A DNA stretch of 64,000 nt from a bacterium (GTDB lineage Bacteria; Patescibacteriota; Minisyncoccia; Phycocordibacterales; JBBTRF01). Each line of letters opens with the position of its first letter. Within the stretch, counting starts at the first letter, position 1. The notes beneath the pieces are model-generated. The model was not told where the DNA came from. It saw only the letters and a program-made list of their open reading frames with translations, and searched no databases. The translations under genes and the position numbers were made by a program. The stretch is taken from positions 171,086-235,085 of the forward strand of contig JBAXTI010000001.1 in NCBI GenBank assembly GCA_037130265.1, read 5' to 3'. Shown here piece by piece: positions 27,552 through 37,657 of the stretch.

Positions 27552-28766
27552 ATGAATACACACGCATCCACCACAGTATTTTTCCGCGGTTTTTCAGTCG
27601 CAGTTGTCACTCTCGGTCTCATCTTTGGTCTCGTTGGTCCGCAGACGGCGCAAACGGCCCAGGCGATGGGTGGTTTGGAGGATTTTGTCGCCAAGCCGGA
27701 TATTAAATCATACGGCTCAGTGAGCGCCGCTCCCAAGGGTCTCACTCCCGATCAGGTGAAGCGTATTTATCATCTCTTTGAACGAGTTCCGTTGGTTTCG
27801 GCCTCCAGCACGGCGGGCGCCCTCTTAGCGAATGCCGCGTCCACGACCAAAAAGACCCTCGCCATCATCACGGCATACGACAATCCCACCATTGAGCAGG
27901 ATCTCGCTGTTTTCAGTGGACAGTTCTCACTACCAGCTTGTACTACAAATAACGCATGTTTCGAGAAACATTTGATGGATCCAAAAGGAAAGCCGAATAC
28001 CTCCTGGGCTCTCGAGAGTGCACTCGATGTCGAGTGGTCTCACGCGATTGCGCCGAAAGCAAAAATCCTCCTCGTTGTTGCCAAGTCGGCGAAAGGGAAG
28101 GATTTGCTTGAGGCGGTAGACTACGCGCGCAACCGAAAAGATGTTCAGGCGGTCTCTATGAGCTGGGGTGGTAAAGAATTCCCCGATCAAATTCATTTGG
28201 AAGATCACTTCACCTCGAAGTACGGTGCAACGTTCTTTGCCTCCTCGGGCGATAGCGGTAACGGAGTGAGTTGGCCTGCTGCATCGCCGAATATTGTCTC
28301 AGTCGGCGGTACAACACTCAATCTAAAGAAGGACGGTAGCATGCTCTCAGAAAAAGCCTGGTCGGGGAGTGGGGGAGGTGTGAGCAAGTATTCCATTCAG
28401 CCGAATTTTCAAGCAGATTATGTGATCCCGAAAGCCAACGGCAAGCGTGCCGTGCCAGACGTAGCTTTCGCGGCCGATCCAAAGACGGGTTTCTCGGTAT
28501 TTTCCACTTCCGCCGGTCCGAAAAAGAGTGGTTGGCACGTGCTCGGCGGAACGAGTGCCGGTGCACCGGCTTGGGCGGCGATTAAATTGATTGGCAGCAA
28601 TGTCTCGCACGAGTTTTTCTACAAAGCAAAAGCCTCTGAAAAGAACGCGGACTACTTTAGAGACATTGTGAGTGGAAAAAATGGCGACTGTACCTTTTAT
28701 TGTTCCGCTCGCAAGCATTACGACTTTGTCACGGGGCTCGGCTCGCCGCTCGCAACGCACTTTTGA
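27552..28766 (+). CDS. Exported S53 (sedolisin-like) peptidase
   Basis: ESALDVEW, SMSWG, ASSGDSG, RAVPDVA, GGTSAGAP, YDFVTGLGSP; N-terminal signal. Confidence 0.9.
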   Translation: MNTHASTTVFFRGFSVAVVTLGLIFGLVGPQTAQTAQAMGGLEDFVAKPDIKSYGSVSAAPKGLTPDQVKRIYHLFERVPLVSASSTAGALLANAASTTKKTLAIITAYDNPTIEQDLAVFSGQFSLPACTTNNACFEKHLMDPKGKPNTSWALESALDVEWSHAIAPKAKILLVVAKSAKGKDLLEAVDYARNRKDVQAVSMSWGGKEFPDQIHLEDHFTSKYGATFFASSGDSGNGVSWPAASPNIVSVGGTTLNLKKDGSMLSEKAWSGSGGGVSKYSIQPNFQADYVIPKANGKRAVPDVAFAADPKTGFSVFSTSAGPKKSGWHVLGGTSAGAPAWAAIKLIGSNVSHEFFYKAKASEKNADYFRDIVSGKNGDCTFYCSARKHYDFVTGLGSPLATHF

Positions 28767-29052
28767 GCGAAAGTCGCAGAACTTTTCCACAGAAGGCTCG
28801 AAAAAAGACTGAAAAAGGCAAAGGAGAAAAACACTCGGAAAAAAAACTCTGATTTCTGTCCCAAAAAAGCCCTCGTTTGCACGGCGTTTTCACTTCGCCA
28901 TTGCCACGGGAGCTTTTTTGTATTTTCTTGCGCAAACGGACTTGCAAGTGGCTATGCGGAGGGTGGGGATTGGAGTAAAATAGTCTCTACGCGATGGAGA
29001 TTTGATAAAATCTGTGTCGAGAAAAAATTAACCATAATCCCTTATCATCCAC

Positions 29053-31389
29053 ATGTCGAAAAAAGCGACTCGATCATCAGAAAAGAAAGACAAGGAAGTA
29101 AAACAAAGCTCCAAAATGGGAGGCTTGATCAAGACTGTGAAGAAGCGCAATGGTACGTTCGTGCCGTTTGACCTCTCACGAATCGCAAATGCGATTCACA
29201 AGTCGATGTTGGATGTGAGTGAGGGTTCGATGGAGGAGGCAGAACTCGTGGCGCATAAAGTGTATGCCGAGCTTGTTCGCGTCACCAAGAAGCACACTGA
29301 CTTCGTCCCTACTGTGGAAGGGATGCAGGATATGATCGAGCAGCAGCTCATGATGAGCGACTACGTGAAGGCTGCAAAGGCCTACATTCTCTATCGACAG
29401 GAGCGCACCAAGCTTCGAGAGAAGGGTGTGCAGGTGCCAGAACATGTTCGTAAGCTCGCAGCGGAGAGTAAGAGTCATTTCCGAAATGCGCTCGGTGAAT
29501 TTATCTACTACCGAACCTACTCACGATGGATTGACACCGAAGGCCGACGCGAGACTTGGGTGGAGACTGTCGACCGCTACATGTCTTTCATGCGAGAGAA
29601 TCTCGGCGGCAAACTCAAGGAGGCTGAATACAAGGAAGTTCGAGAGACTATTGCGAAGCAGGAGGCGATGCCATCGATGCGACTCCTCCAGTTTGCAGGT
29701 CCTGCTGCACGAAAGAGCAATGTCACCGCGTACAACTGTTCATTCATCGCTCCAGAGAGCTATCAGGATTTTGCTGAAATCATGGCACTCTCTATGTCTG
29801 GTGCGGGTGTGGGTTTCTCTGTAGAGACTCGAAACGTTCAGAAGCTCCCGATTATTAAAGAGCAGACAGGTGAAGTGGTGAAGTTTGTGATTCCTGACAG
29901 CCGAGAGGGTTGGGCGGATTCGTTTGCTGTCGGCATGAAGGCGTGGTTTGAGGGTAAGGACGCGCAGTTTGATTACTCAGAGCTTCGACCAGCGGGCGCA
30001 CGACTCAAGACCATGGGCGGCAAGAGCTCAGGCCCAGCGCCTTTGATGGAGATTCATCAGTTTACTCGAACAAAAATCCTCAGCCGACAAGGCCGACGTC
30101 TCAGCAACCTCGACGCGCATGACATCATTTGCAAGATTGGTGAAGGTGTAGTGTCCGGTGGTGTGCGACGAACTGCGCTCATCTCACTCTCTGACCTCGA
30201 TGATCTCGAGATTCGCGATTCAAAGAAAGGACAGTTCTATATGACCCAGCCACAGCGATCTTTGGCAAACAACTCTGCCGTATACATGCAGAAGCCTTCG
30301 AACGCTGAGTTCCTCGACGAGTGGACTGCGCTCATGAAGTCTGGGTCTGGTGAACGAGGTATCTTCAACCGAGGTGGTTTGAAGACTACTATGCCGGCTC
30401 GACGACTCGCGATTTCAAAGGGATACATCGACAGCTACGGCACCAATCCTTGCGGCGAGATCATTCTCAGATCAAAGCAGTTCTGTAACCTCACTGAAGT
30501 GGTGGCACGACATGAAGACACCCTCGAATCTTTGAAGCGAAAGATCCGCGTGGCGACCATTATCGGTACCTATCAGTCTTCGCTTACCAATTTCATGTAC
30601 CTCTCTCCGGAGTGGAAGCAGAATTGTGAAGCAGAACGACTCCTTGGTGTATCGATCACCGGTCAGTGGGATTCTCCAGTATCTCGAAAGCCAGAAGTGA
30701 TGCGCGCGTTGCGAGATGAGGCGATCAAGGTCAACAAGCTTTTTGCAAAACGCTTTGGTATCAACGCTTCCGCTTCGATCACTTGTACCAAACCATCAGG
30801 AAACCTTTCACAGACCGTGGACTGTTCATCTGGCGTGCATCCTCGATTTGCTCCATTCTATATTCGACGAGTACGAATTGCAGCTACCGATGCACTCTTC
30901 AAGATGCTCAAGGAACAGGGTGCACAGTATCATCCAGAAGTAGGACAGACCGTCGAGAATGCCACCACATATGTCGTGGACTTCCCAGTACGAGCACCAA
31001 AGGGTTCGATTTTCAAGAACGATCAGACAGCCATCGACCAGCTCGAATATTGGAAGTCGGTAAAGGTGAATTTCACCGAGCACAACCCTTCGACTACTGT
31101 ATCTGTTGGCGATGATGAGTGGCTTGAAGTAGGTAACTGGGTCTACAAGAATTGGGACATCGTCGGTGGACTTTCGTTCCTTCCTCGAAGCAACCACGTC
31201 TACCGACTCGCTCCATACGAGGAAGTCACCGAGGCACAGTACAACGAGCTCGCAAAGCGCTATGAGCACATCGACTTCTCGAAGATCGTCACCTACGAGC
31301 GCGTTGACGAGACCGAAGTGAAGAAGGAGCTCGCGTGTGCAGGTGGTGTGTGTGAGATTGAGTCAGTGCCGAGCGAGGCGAAGAAATAA
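29053..31389 (+). CDS. nrdJ: Class II (adenosylcobalamin-dependent) ribonucleotide reductase with N-terminal ATP cone
   Basis: VKKRNG ATP cone, YNCSF, GTNPCGEI, CNLTE, KPSG, EHNPS, C-terminal CAGGVCE; no beta-subunit gene adjacent. Confidence 0.9.
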   Translation: MSKKATRSSEKKDKEVKQSSKMGGLIKTVKKRNGTFVPFDLSRIANAIHKSMLDVSEGSMEEAELVAHKVYAELVRVTKKHTDFVPTVEGMQDMIEQQLMMSDYVKAAKAYILYRQERTKLREKGVQVPEHVRKLAAESKSHFRNALGEFIYYRTYSRWIDTEGRRETWVETVDRYMSFMRENLGGKLKEAEYKEVRETIAKQEAMPSMRLLQFAGPAARKSNVTAYNCSFIAPESYQDFAEIMALSMSGAGVGFSVETRNVQKLPIIKEQTGEVVKFVIPDSREGWADSFAVGMKAWFEGKDAQFDYSELRPAGARLKTMGGKSSGPAPLMEIHQFTRTKILSRQGRRLSNLDAHDIICKIGEGVVSGGVRRTALISLSDLDDLEIRDSKKGQFYMTQPQRSLANNSAVYMQKPSNAEFLDEWTALMKSGSGERGIFNRGGLKTTMPARRLAISKGYIDSYGTNPCGEIILRSKQFCNLTEVVARHEDTLESLKRKIRVATIIGTYQSSLTNFMYLSPEWKQNCEAERLLGVSITGQWDSPVSRKPEVMRALRDEAIKVNKLFAKRFGINASASITCTKPSGNLSQTVDCSSGVHPRFAPFYIRRVRIAATDALFKMLKEQGAQYHPEVGQTVENATTYVVDFPVRAPKGSIFKNDQTAIDQLEYWKSVKVNFTEHNPSTTVSVGDDEWLEVGNWVYKNWDIVGGLSFLPRSNHVYRLAPYEEVTEAQYNELAKRYEHIDFSKIVTYERVDETEVKKELACAGGVCEIESVPSEAKK

Positions 31390-31402
31390 TCCTCCAGAAG
31401 TA

Positions 31403-31484
31403 GAAATAAAAAGACACAGAAAAAATGTTGGTACATTTTTTCCTCCTCTCCGCGCCGTCGCGCTCCGAGAGGTCTTTTTATTTC
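31403..31484. repeat. Structured intergenic repeat family, copy 2
   Basis: GAAATAAAAAGAC/GTCTTTTTATTTC outer stem; minus-strand core GGAG-CGC-GACG-GCGC..GGAGG-AAAAAATGT-ACCA-ACATTTTTT. Confidence 0.65.
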
Positions 31485-31605
31485 GTCTTCTTCCGGTAAC
31501 AGTCGCGCCCCGCAGTTCCTCCGAAATGCTGTTTTGTATTTCCTACATATTTCGTTTGTCGGCAACCTTCATTTTGAAGGCCACATTTATTGTGAGAAAT
31601 ATTTG

Positions 31606-31719
31606 GACCCCCATGACAAAGACTGAGAGGGGACTCTCGCAGGCCGACGGGCCGAGATCTGAGTCGAAATCCTAGCAAGGATTTACGACGTGCCCCGATC
31701 AGTCTTTTTTATGGGGGTC
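31606..31719. repeat. Structured intergenic repeat family, copy 3
   Basis: GACCCCCATGACAAAGACTGA/TCAGTCTTTTTTATGGGGGTC outer stem; core AGGCCGACGGGCCGAG..AAATCCT-AGCA-AGGATTTACG. Confidence 0.7.
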
Positions 31720-31759
31720 TAGCATTTACTTCCCATGATAAATATGGTACTTTAAACAC

Positions 31760-32179
31760 GTCCTTGCATTGAATGACTGCGCTTTTCGCAAGAAAAGTGA
31801 GGAAAGTCCGAACACTCGCCGGCTCCGTAAGGCGCCGGCAGCAAGGTAGCAGGTAACGCCTGTCCGATCTGTCGACTTTCGCAAAGGGATTCGTTCTTTT
31901 GAGAAGGTACGACAGCGAGAGGTGCGAACAGAGACGCCGGGCTTCGAAAGGGGCTTGGGACGTGAGCCGCAAGGCTTTCGTCAGTCCTCGCTGAAAGGCG
32001 AGGGGTGCAACGGCAAAATCCTTACCCGAGTGCAAGGCCGTACCATTCGGAGGCAGCAATGTTTCCGAGTAGGGGTGCCGCTTGAGCCGGGGAGCGATCC
32101 TTGGCCTAGATAAATGGTCATTCAGTCGGCGAGGCGCAAGCCGAGCCGGCGGACAGAATTCGGCTTATAGGTGCAGGAC
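31760..32179 (+). ncRNA. rnpB: RNase P RNA
   Basis: GAGGAAAGTCCG and ACAGAATTCGGCTTA P4 strands; P1 GTCCTTGCA/TGCAGGAC; ACAGAGA and CTAGATAAATG conserved regions. Confidence 0.95.
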
Positions 32180-32185
32180 ATATGG

Positions 32186-32212
32186 AAGACCGCCTGAAAT
32201 GGCGGTCTTTCT
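32186..32212 (+). terminator. Intrinsic terminator after rnpB
   Basis: AAGACCGCC-TGAAAT-GGCGGTCTT followed by a T-rich tail. Confidence 0.75.
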
Positions 32213-32344
32213 CTTTGTGTTTTTTGCCATTTCTCCTCCGCCCTCTTCTCGGTCGCATTCTTCCACACCTCTCTGCCTGTTGTTTCTCTCGTATTTTGTT
32301 ATAATCTACCCATTACAATTTAGCACCATAATCGTTTTACCAAC

Positions 32345-34759
32345 ATGGATCCAGAAGTAACTGTAGAGGCGACGAGTACTGAGAGTAAGCAGGGGAAGTG
32401 GCAGGTTCGTTTTGAGAAGTGGTCATTCTTCCTTCTCCTCACTGCGACTTTTTTGTTGCCGATCTTCTTTTTCCCAAGCGTCTCCGTCGTCTTCTCGAAG
32501 ACGGTGCTTTTCTCGGCCGTGCTCGTGGTGCTAGTTGCGGTGCTAATCTTCGATGCATTGAAGCGCTCCCAGATGCGCTTGCCATACAATCTCTTCACTC
32601 TCTCCGCATTGCTAGTGCCTGTGTTGTTTGCACTCAGCGCCTTCTTTTCAGGCGATGTTGCACAGTCCTTCTTTGGTTCACGATTTGAAATTGGTACCGC
32701 GATGTCGGTCATTCTTGGTACGATTCTACTCTTCCTCACCTCACACTTCTTCCACACAAAGGATCGCGTGTTCGCCTTCTTCATTGCATTCTTTTCCTCG
32801 GCTTCGCTTATCGCTCTGCACCAGGTGATCCGTCTTGTTTTTGGTCCAGACATGCTAGCTTTCGGTATCTCAAACAGTACTGCTCTCACCCTGATCGGCA
32901 AGTGGAATGAGCTTGGCGTGTATTTTGGCCTCGTCGCAATCCTTTCGTTGATAAGCCTCGAGATCCTCACTCTCAACAAGACCTTCAAGACTATTTGGTC
33001 TGTGGTGCTTGCGATTGCATTGTTCTTCCTCGTGCTTACGAACTTCAACTACGTCTGGATCGTGGTCGGTCTTTCGTCCGCAATCGCTTTCTCGTACTTG
33101 TATGTGAGTCGAAAGAAGTCTGAGGTACCTGGACAAAAGCGGGTCTCAAAGTCGGCTATTATTGTCTTTGCACTCGCCCTCATTTTTGTATTTCCAAAGG
33201 GTCCAGTGTGGGTGATTAATCATTCGCCACAGTTTGTTCAGACAGCTGTAGGGAAGGTAGCAAACTTCTTCAATGCTGGAGATGTCGAGGTGCGTCCATC
33301 ACTCTCGTACACTATCGATATAGCCAAGGAGTCATTGAAGCACAATCCAATCTTCGGCGTCGGTCCAAACAAGTTTGTTGACCAATGGATCGCTCTCAAG
33401 CCAGCGGAGGTCAATCAGACCGTCTTCTGGGGCTCGGATTTTCTCTACGGCATTGGCCTTGTGCCGACCTATGCGGTCACGACCGGACTTATCGGAATCC
33501 TCGCAGTGCTGTTCTTCTTGGGTATGTTCGGGTACCTCGGTTTTACTCAGGTATTCAAGAGGGGGCGTGATCAATTCACTCAGTACTTGATTATTTCGTC
33601 CTATGTCGGTGCTCTCTATCTCTGGATTTTCCAAGTCGTGTATATTCCAAGTGAAGTGCTCTTCTACTCAGCATTCTTGTTCACTGGCATCTTCGTGGCT
33701 TGTTTGCATCGCGATGGTGCATTCCACTATCGAAGCTTCAATTACGGTTCGAACGCGCGACTTTCTTTTGTCGCAGTCTCTGGTTTAATCATCATATTGC
33801 TCGGCAGTGTGTCTTTCGCGTACTACATTGGCGAAAAGGCATACGCGGCATATGAATTTACCCAAGCAGCGATTGCCGTGAATGCAAAGGGTGATCTTGC
33901 GGCAGGAGAGAAGGCATTGAACAATGCAATTTCTGCTGATCCTCAAGATGTGTATTATCGCGGCTTGGTACAGCTCGGTGTTTTGAAGATCAACGCTGTG
34001 CTCAATAACCAGTCGCTCAAGCAGGAGCAGAAGACCGCGCAGATTTCTCCATTGCTCGCCACTACCTTGGATGCTGCACAAAAGGCGATCAAGCAGGATG
34101 AGACTGGATATCAGAATTGGATTACCCTCGGCCAGCTCTACGAAGGTCTCCTGCCGTTCGGTTACGAAAAGGCATATGAGAGTGCCAAGCAGGCATACGA
34201 GAAGGCGCAGACATTGAATACCAAGAACCCATCAATCATTCTTGCGCTTGCACGACTTGAAGCGGCCAACAAGAACCTGCCAAAGGCAAAGGAGATTGTC
34301 GGGCAAGCATTGGCAATGAAGCAGAATTATTCAGAGGCAATCTACCTCCTCTCCCAGATCCAGATCGCAGAAGGTAATCTGAAGGATGCGATTGAGTCTG
34401 TCTCTGCAATCGCTTTCCTCAACCAAAATGACCCAACCGTCTTCTTCCAGCTCGGCTTCCTCCAGTATTCAAACAAGCAGTATGCCGATGCGGTGAAGGC
34501 TCTTGAGCGAGCGGTGACATTGAACAATCAGTACTCAAACGCACGATACTTCCTTGGCGGTAGTTATGCAAAACTTGGTCGTCAGGCCGATGCGGCTGCA
34601 CAGTTCGAAGCAATCCAGAAGCTTAACCCGGACAATCAGGAGGTGAAAACCGCACTCGCTAATTTGAAGGCGGGGAAGGACCCATTGGCGACTACTGCAA
34701 GGGACACTTCTTCAACAAAGGAGCCTACCAAGAAGCTTCCCGTGAAGGAGGCAAACTAG
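32345..34759 (+). CDS. Polytopic membrane protein (O-antigen-ligase-like) with C-terminal TPR repeats
   Basis: ~12 TM, PIFGVGP loop motif, multiple TPR-like repeats. Confidence 0.8.
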   Translation: MDPEVTVEATSTESKQGKWQVRFEKWSFFLLLTATFLLPIFFFPSVSVVFSKTVLFSAVLVVLVAVLIFDALKRSQMRLPYNLFTLSALLVPVLFALSAFFSGDVAQSFFGSRFEIGTAMSVILGTILLFLTSHFFHTKDRVFAFFIAFFSSASLIALHQVIRLVFGPDMLAFGISNSTALTLIGKWNELGVYFGLVAILSLISLEILTLNKTFKTIWSVVLAIALFFLVLTNFNYVWIVVGLSSAIAFSYLYVSRKKSEVPGQKRVSKSAIIVFALALIFVFPKGPVWVINHSPQFVQTAVGKVANFFNAGDVEVRPSLSYTIDIAKESLKHNPIFGVGPNKFVDQWIALKPAEVNQTVFWGSDFLYGIGLVPTYAVTTGLIGILAVLFFLGMFGYLGFTQVFKRGRDQFTQYLIISSYVGALYLWIFQVVYIPSEVLFYSAFLFTGIFVACLHRDGAFHYRSFNYGSNARLSFVAVSGLIIILLGSVSFAYYIGEKAYAAYEFTQAAIAVNAKGDLAAGEKALNNAISADPQDVYYRGLVQLGVLKINAVLNNQSLKQEQKTAQISPLLATTLDAAQKAIKQDETGYQNWITLGQLYEGLLPFGYEKAYESAKQAYEKAQTLNTKNPSIILALARLEAANKNLPKAKEIVGQALAMKQNYSEAIYLLSQIQIAEGNLKDAIESVSAIAFLNQNDPTVFFQLGFLQYSNKQYADAVKALERAVTLNNQYSNARYFLGGSYAKLGRQADAAAQFEAIQKLNPDNQEVKTALANLKAGKDPLATTARDTSSTKEPTKKLPVKEAN

Positions 34760-34766
34760 TTTTGCC

Positions 34767-36446
34767 ATGGTAGAGCGCCTGATGAGTTTCTTTCATCGAG
34801 AGGTAAGCGGTCTCCACGAGGCCGCTTACCTTTTGGCATTCTTTGCCTTTTTGGCGCAGCTGCTTGCTTTGGTGCGTGACCGGCTCTTCGCATTCTACTT
34901 CGGCGCTGGTCATGTGGTGGACGTATACTATGCTGCTTTTCGCATCCCTGACTTTATCTTCGTAACAATTGCTACAACCGTCTCGATCTCCGTACTCGTG
35001 CCGTTCTTCATTGAAAAGATGGAGAAAAATAAAGAGGAAGGGAGGGCCTTTATCGATCACACTTTCTCGGTGTTCTTCTTCGCGATGATTGTAATGTCTA
35101 TCGTCGGCTTCTTTCTCATTCCGTGGCTTACGCCGATCGTGTTGCCGGGTTTTGCGAACGACCCTGCATTGCCGCAACTTATCACTCTTTCGCGCATACT
35201 GCTTTTGTCGCCGCTTCTGCTTGGTTTCTCAAACTTTCTGGCGAGTATCACGCAGATCCATAATCGGTTCTTCCTCTACGCATTGAGCCCAGTGCTATAT
35301 AACCTCGGCATCGTCTTTGGTATTATCGTGCTGTATCCAATGATGGGTATCTACGGTCTCGGCTGGGGGGTAATCGTTGGCGCCGCACTCCACCTCGGTG
35401 TCCAAGTGCCGTACATTGTGAGTCAAAAGTTGTTCCCGAAAGTACTCTTCCGCATCGACCTTAAAGCAATTCGCCAGGTCGTACTCACTTCGCTGCCGCG
35501 CACATTGACGCTGTCGTCAAATCAGATTGCCTTCTTTTTTCTCACCGCCATGGCCTCGTTGATGGCTACCGGATCGATCGCTGTGTTTAATTTTTCCAAC
35601 AACCTGCAGTCGGTGCCACTGAGTATTATTGGAGTGAGCTACGCTTCTGCGGCGTTTCCAACGTTGTCGCGCTTGTTCTCTAGCGGAGATATGAAACGTT
35701 TTGTCGAGCAGATGGTGGCGTCCACAAAGCACATCATCTTTTGGTCAATGCCAGTGATGGTGTTGTTTATTGTGCTGCGCGCGCAGATCGTACGAACCGT
35801 CCTCGGTGCAGGACATTTTGATTGGAGTGATACGCGACTTACGGCTGCGGCTCTTGCAGTGTTCACCTTGTCGATCATCCCGCAGAGCCTCATTACGCTG
35901 TTTGTACGAGCGTTCTATTCTGGCGGAAAGACATTGAAGCCTCTTTTGATCAATGTGTTTTCTTCGGTACTGATGGTGGCATTTGCGTACGGGCTTGTGT
36001 GGGCGTTCGGACATTGGTACGGGTTCCGCTCGTTTTTCGAGTCGCTCTTCAAGGTGGAGGGACTCGCGGGAACTTCTGTGCTCATGCTCGCCCTCGCGTA
36101 TTCGCTGGGTGTGTTTGTGAATACGATCGCGCATTGGCAAGCTTTTCATAAAGAATTTTCCGAGTTTTCTCGGCCGGTACTTCGGACGCTGTTCCAGACT
36201 TTCTCTGCTTCGGTGTTGATGGGATTTGTGACGTACAAATGTCTTGGTATTTTTGACAACGTATTTCATCTCGATACGGTGTTTGGCGTGTTTATGCAGG
36301 GCTTCTGTTCGGGTGTAATTGGCATTGCCTTTTGTCTGCTGGTTTTGAAGGCGCTAAAGAGTGAAGAGTTGGAACAGGTATGGAAGACTCTCCACATGAA
36401 AATCTGGAAGACGGAAGTTTTGGCGCCGGAGGTACAGCGGTTATAA
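34767..36446 (+). CDS. murJ: Lipid II flippase MurJ/MviN
   Basis: LALVRDRL, YYAAFRIPD, PVLYNLGI, AFPTLS, RAFY. Confidence 0.9.
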   Translation: MVERLMSFFHREVSGLHEAAYLLAFFAFLAQLLALVRDRLFAFYFGAGHVVDVYYAAFRIPDFIFVTIATTVSISVLVPFFIEKMEKNKEEGRAFIDHTFSVFFFAMIVMSIVGFFLIPWLTPIVLPGFANDPALPQLITLSRILLLSPLLLGFSNFLASITQIHNRFFLYALSPVLYNLGIVFGIIVLYPMMGIYGLGWGVIVGAALHLGVQVPYIVSQKLFPKVLFRIDLKAIRQVVLTSLPRTLTLSSNQIAFFFLTAMASLMATGSIAVFNFSNNLQSVPLSIIGVSYASAAFPTLSRLFSSGDMKRFVEQMVASTKHIIFWSMPVMVLFIVLRAQIVRTVLGAGHFDWSDTRLTAAALAVFTLSIIPQSLITLFVRAFYSGGKTLKPLLINVFSSVLMVAFAYGLVWAFGHWYGFRSFFESLFKVEGLAGTSVLMLALAYSLGVFVNTIAHWQAFHKEFSEFSRPVLRTLFQTFSASVLMGFVTYKCLGIFDNVFHLDTVFGVFMQGFCSGVIGIAFCLLVLKALKSEELEQVWKTLHMKIWKTEVLAPEVQRL

Positions 36447-36453
36447 TAGAGGG

Positions 36454-37050
36454 ATGATCGTCGTCGATGTTGAGACAACTGGAGTGGACCCGAATAAGCA
36501 TTCGCTGGTGTCTATCGGTGCGGTGGATTTTTATAATCCTGCGAATCAGTTTTATGCTGAATGTCGTGCTTGGGATGGAGCGCATGTGGCCGATGAGGCG
36601 CTAGCGGTGAATGGGTATACTCGCGGGCAGGTGGCGGATCCAGAAAAGAAAAGTGAGAAGGAGATTGTGATTGAATTTTTGCAGTGGGCGATGCAGGTCC
36701 CAGAGCGGACGATTGCGGGGCAGAATCCGTCTTTTGATGAAGGGTTTTTGCGCGCCGCCGCGGCGCGCGGAGGGGTGAACTGGCCAATCGCAAAACGCAC
36801 TATCGACATGCATACGATTTGCTATTTTCACGCGTTGCGCCGCGGTATCAAACCACCTACTTTGAAGGGTCACTCCGCTTTGAATTCCGATGCGATCGCA
36901 GAATATTGTGGCATACCAGCAGAAGTGAAGCCACACGTAGCAATTGGCGGCGCTCGTATTGAGACCGAGATGTTTGCGCGATTTTTCTATGATGAGCCAA
37001 TGCTCGACGAGTGGAAGAAGTACCCCGTGCCGTGGGCGAAGAAAAGTTGA
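36454..37050 (+). CDS. DEDD 3'-5' exonuclease (DnaQ/RNase T-like)
   Basis: VDVETTG (Exo I), GQNPSFD (Exo II), PH..GA (Exo III). Confidence 0.85.
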   Translation: MIVVDVETTGVDPNKHSLVSIGAVDFYNPANQFYAECRAWDGAHVADEALAVNGYTRGQVADPEKKSEKEIVIEFLQWAMQVPERTIAGQNPSFDEGFLRAAAARGGVNWPIAKRTIDMHTICYFHALRRGIKPPTLKGHSALNSDAIAEYCGIPAEVKPHVAIGGARIETEMFARFFYDEPMLDEWKKYPVPWAKKS

Positions 37051-37126
37051 TTAAAAATTCATAATTATTTTATCTTTTCTTTATCTTTTTCACATTGCAA
37101 TGTCTTTTGGTGGTAGATAGAATTAT

Positions 37127-37657
37127 TTGGTGGAAAAAGCTGTCGTGCAAAATGTCGTTGAACATAAAATCTACATCATTCGTGGCCAGCGGGTGATGGT
37201 GGATTTTGATTTGGCGAAATTGTACGGCGTTGAAACGAAAGTATTGCTGCAATCGGTGAGAAGAAACCTAGGTCGCTTTCCTGAAGATTTTGCTTTCCAG
37301 CTCACGCGTGGGGAGTTCTCAAACTTGAGGTCACAAATTGTGACCTCAAAGATTGGTCGTGGAGGGAACCGCTATTTGCCTTACGTCTTCACAGAACATG
37401 GTGTGGCCATGCTCTCAGCTGTACTAAAAAGCGAACGAGCGGTGCAGATGAGTATTTTCATTGTCCGTGCCTTCATTAAAATGCGTGAGATGTTGGCGAC
37501 GCACGCGGACTTGGCTCAAAAGATCGAAGAAATTGAGAGAAAGCAGAAAGAGCATGGTGACCAGCTTTCGAGTGTGTATTCGGTCGTGAAGCAGCTTATT
37601 AATCCGCCGGAGGGGCCGAAAAAGAAGATTGGTTTTGATGGAGGTATCGAGGAATGA
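37127..37657 (+). CDS. ORF6N (KilA-N-like) DNA-binding protein
   Basis: IRGQRVMVDFDLAKLYGVET, RFPEDFAFQL, PYVFTEHGVAMLS, C-terminal KIGF. Confidence 0.92.
   Translation: MVEKAVVQNVVEHKIYIIRGQRVMVDFDLAKLYGVETKVLLQSVRRNLGRFPEDFAFQLTRGEFSNLRSQIVTSKIGRGGNRYLPYVFTEHGVAMLSAVLKSERAVQMSIFIVRAFIKMREMLATHADLAQKIEEIERKQKEHGDQLSSVYSVVKQLINPPEGPKKKIGFDGGIEE
37325..37349. repeat. Perfect 12-bp-arm palindrome inside ORF6N CDS
   Basis: TTGAGGTCACAA-A-TTGTGACCTCAA, encodes LRSQIVTS. Confidence 0.9.

Noticed and set aside
16280-28791. DnaA-box matches (TGTGGATAA at 16280, TTTTCCACA at 28783) as oriC
   Set aside because: Isolated single boxes with no cluster, unwinding element or dnaA nearby.
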